A stretch of DNA of 63,267 nt, the filler included, from Dimargaris cristalligena (lineage: Eukaryota): NCBI GenBank assembly GCA_003614675.1. It is 8 parts of 8 records of this genome, joined end to end, with 100 filler letters (N's around TTAATTAATTAA, not from the genome) between each part and the next. Parts side by side here need not be neighbours in the genome. Positions count along the whole stretch, not along the records: positions 55,490 to 63,267 come from ML003388.1; 7 more parts are not named here. One strand, 5' to 3'. Positions 61,833 to 63,267 of this stretch are shown piece after piece. The notes below the pieces were generated by a model, which saw nothing but the letters and a program-made list of their open reading frames with translations, was not told the origin of the DNA and ran no database searches. The translations under genes were made by a program, and so were the position numbers. Every line of letters starts with the position of its first letter. Position 1 is the stretch's first letter.

Positions 61833-63267
61833 ACAATGCTCTCCTGCTTTCCAGAAGCCTCGATTTCGATGCACAACTGGTGTAGTTCTAAGGAAGGGGT
61901 CGCTCCTAATATGGGCATAATGATACCTACACCATCGGCGTCCGTAGCACAACCTCGGCACAAATGAACCCCCTGTTTCAAAGAACATATATTCCTTACC
62001 AAGTCCTCGCCCACTTAATATTCGCTAGTATACCTAATACCACTTGTTCCCGCGTTCCTTATAATGCTGGTCCACCCGCGGTTCAACCGCACTTTACTCA
62101 GCTACGTATGTATCATTATATGTACTTTATTATATTCACCTGACAGGCCCTGCCTTGATTTCCCTTCTTTCAATATGTTTTATTATACCCCACCCGGTGC
62201 ATTTCTTGTATTTTATCGTTACCCATGTATACTGTATTATGGGCAAACCACCCCCCCCTCTCTTCCACCACCCATCAGCATCTCGAATTTGCACCTCTTT
62301 AATTATTTTGAATCGCCCGTAATATGTCACCCATGTCACTCGAAATGTATCACTACTTAATTACCCATCTCACTTTATGATTTCCTTTCGCCACGATAAA
62401 TTATTGGAATGTATTATTTGTACATCACTATTTTTCCTCTCATACAACTCCATCATTTTATTTTCTCGAATAATATCAATTTTAAACCCCTATTGGATGA
62501 AATAATGTACTGGTATAATTTAGAATGTCAACTTGGTCTGGGTATTTATTGGCACCGATCTATACAATCTACCTGATTATTTCTCAGCCATGAGAGGCCG
62601 CCCCAGCATCTGAAGTTAACAATTTTCACATTTGCGAATTATTTATTTGGCTTCCCTATGTTTATTAATTTGCTTAATTCCTACTTTTTTTCTATAGTAT
62701 ACCTCATGTGTTGCCAACAATTTGAGGGGCTCTGCTGGGATGCCTTTGGGAGAGTCAGCAGGAGGGGGAACCTCCAGTTTCTTTCTACTAGATGGCTTAC
62801 CATATTTTATCATATAATGCGGAGTGTTGGACTTTGCTGGGTTTGAGGGGGTTGAGACCAAGGTAGCCTTGGGGAAGTCACCACTGAGTTCCTGGTCGCC
62901 CATTGTGTCATACATCATCATCTCACATCACTGGTTGTTAAGGGAAATAAAATAAAAACGTTATAATCGAACAGTATAATGAATTTAGTACTTGGTTATA
63001 CCAAAACTTTAAACTGAATGGATGAAAATAATAAAGTAAAATAGAATTAGCAGTAATAATAATCAAAGTAAAACTGTGTAAAGGGTAATTGTCGATATCA
63101 TCAGGTGAAGTTAAAACAGATATTTATTCATTTATCTTGAAACTAACCTGTCCCTTCAACTGAGGGGATGCTACTAAGGTATATATAAGAAATCAACCAA
63201 ACTAAATAACTATAGCTAAGAGCAACACTGCATTAATTGTAGGTCATAAAAAACCTAAAAATAGGGG

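Noticed and set aside
62643-62921. 92-aa minus-strand ORF in CpG-poor sequence
   Set aside because: No motif; may be a decayed repeat or gene relic.

Overview
This is intron-containing fungal DNA, not a prokaryotic locus. The divergent fungal proteins and short GTAAGT..CTAAC..AG introns suggest an early-diverging fungus (Zoopagomycota/Dimargaris-like is a guess, not established). The window is eight ~7.8-kb contigs joined by artificial 100-nt N44-TTAATTAATTAA-N44 linkers, so adjacency across linkers means nothing. Recognisable genes: RAD6/UBC2, a Zn2Cys6 factor with a 13-nt micro-exon, ESF2, NOP58 (one +1 frameshift), PSMG2/PAC2, CENP-L, cytochrome b5, ESS1/PIN1, YIPF1/2-like, REI1, REX1-like exonuclease, DcpS and a double-RING E3 ligase. 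Repeats: four solo LTRs (three with perfect 5-bp TSDs, all CpG-decayed) and a ~144-bp MITE family. Best signals not visible in the ORF track: (1) a spliced non-coding host gene (minus strand, ~1060-2240) whose three successive introns each hold a box C/D snoRNA (snR190, an unusually long ~250-nt U14, and a U49/SNORD49 homologue), with an apparent zero-length exon; (2) a Kex2-processed cationic peptide precursor; (3) a decaying gene for a signal-peptide + NLS + 4x C2H2 zinc-finger protein and other effector-like secreted orphans; (4) a contig bounded by an exact 55-bp inverted repeat that also begins another contig.
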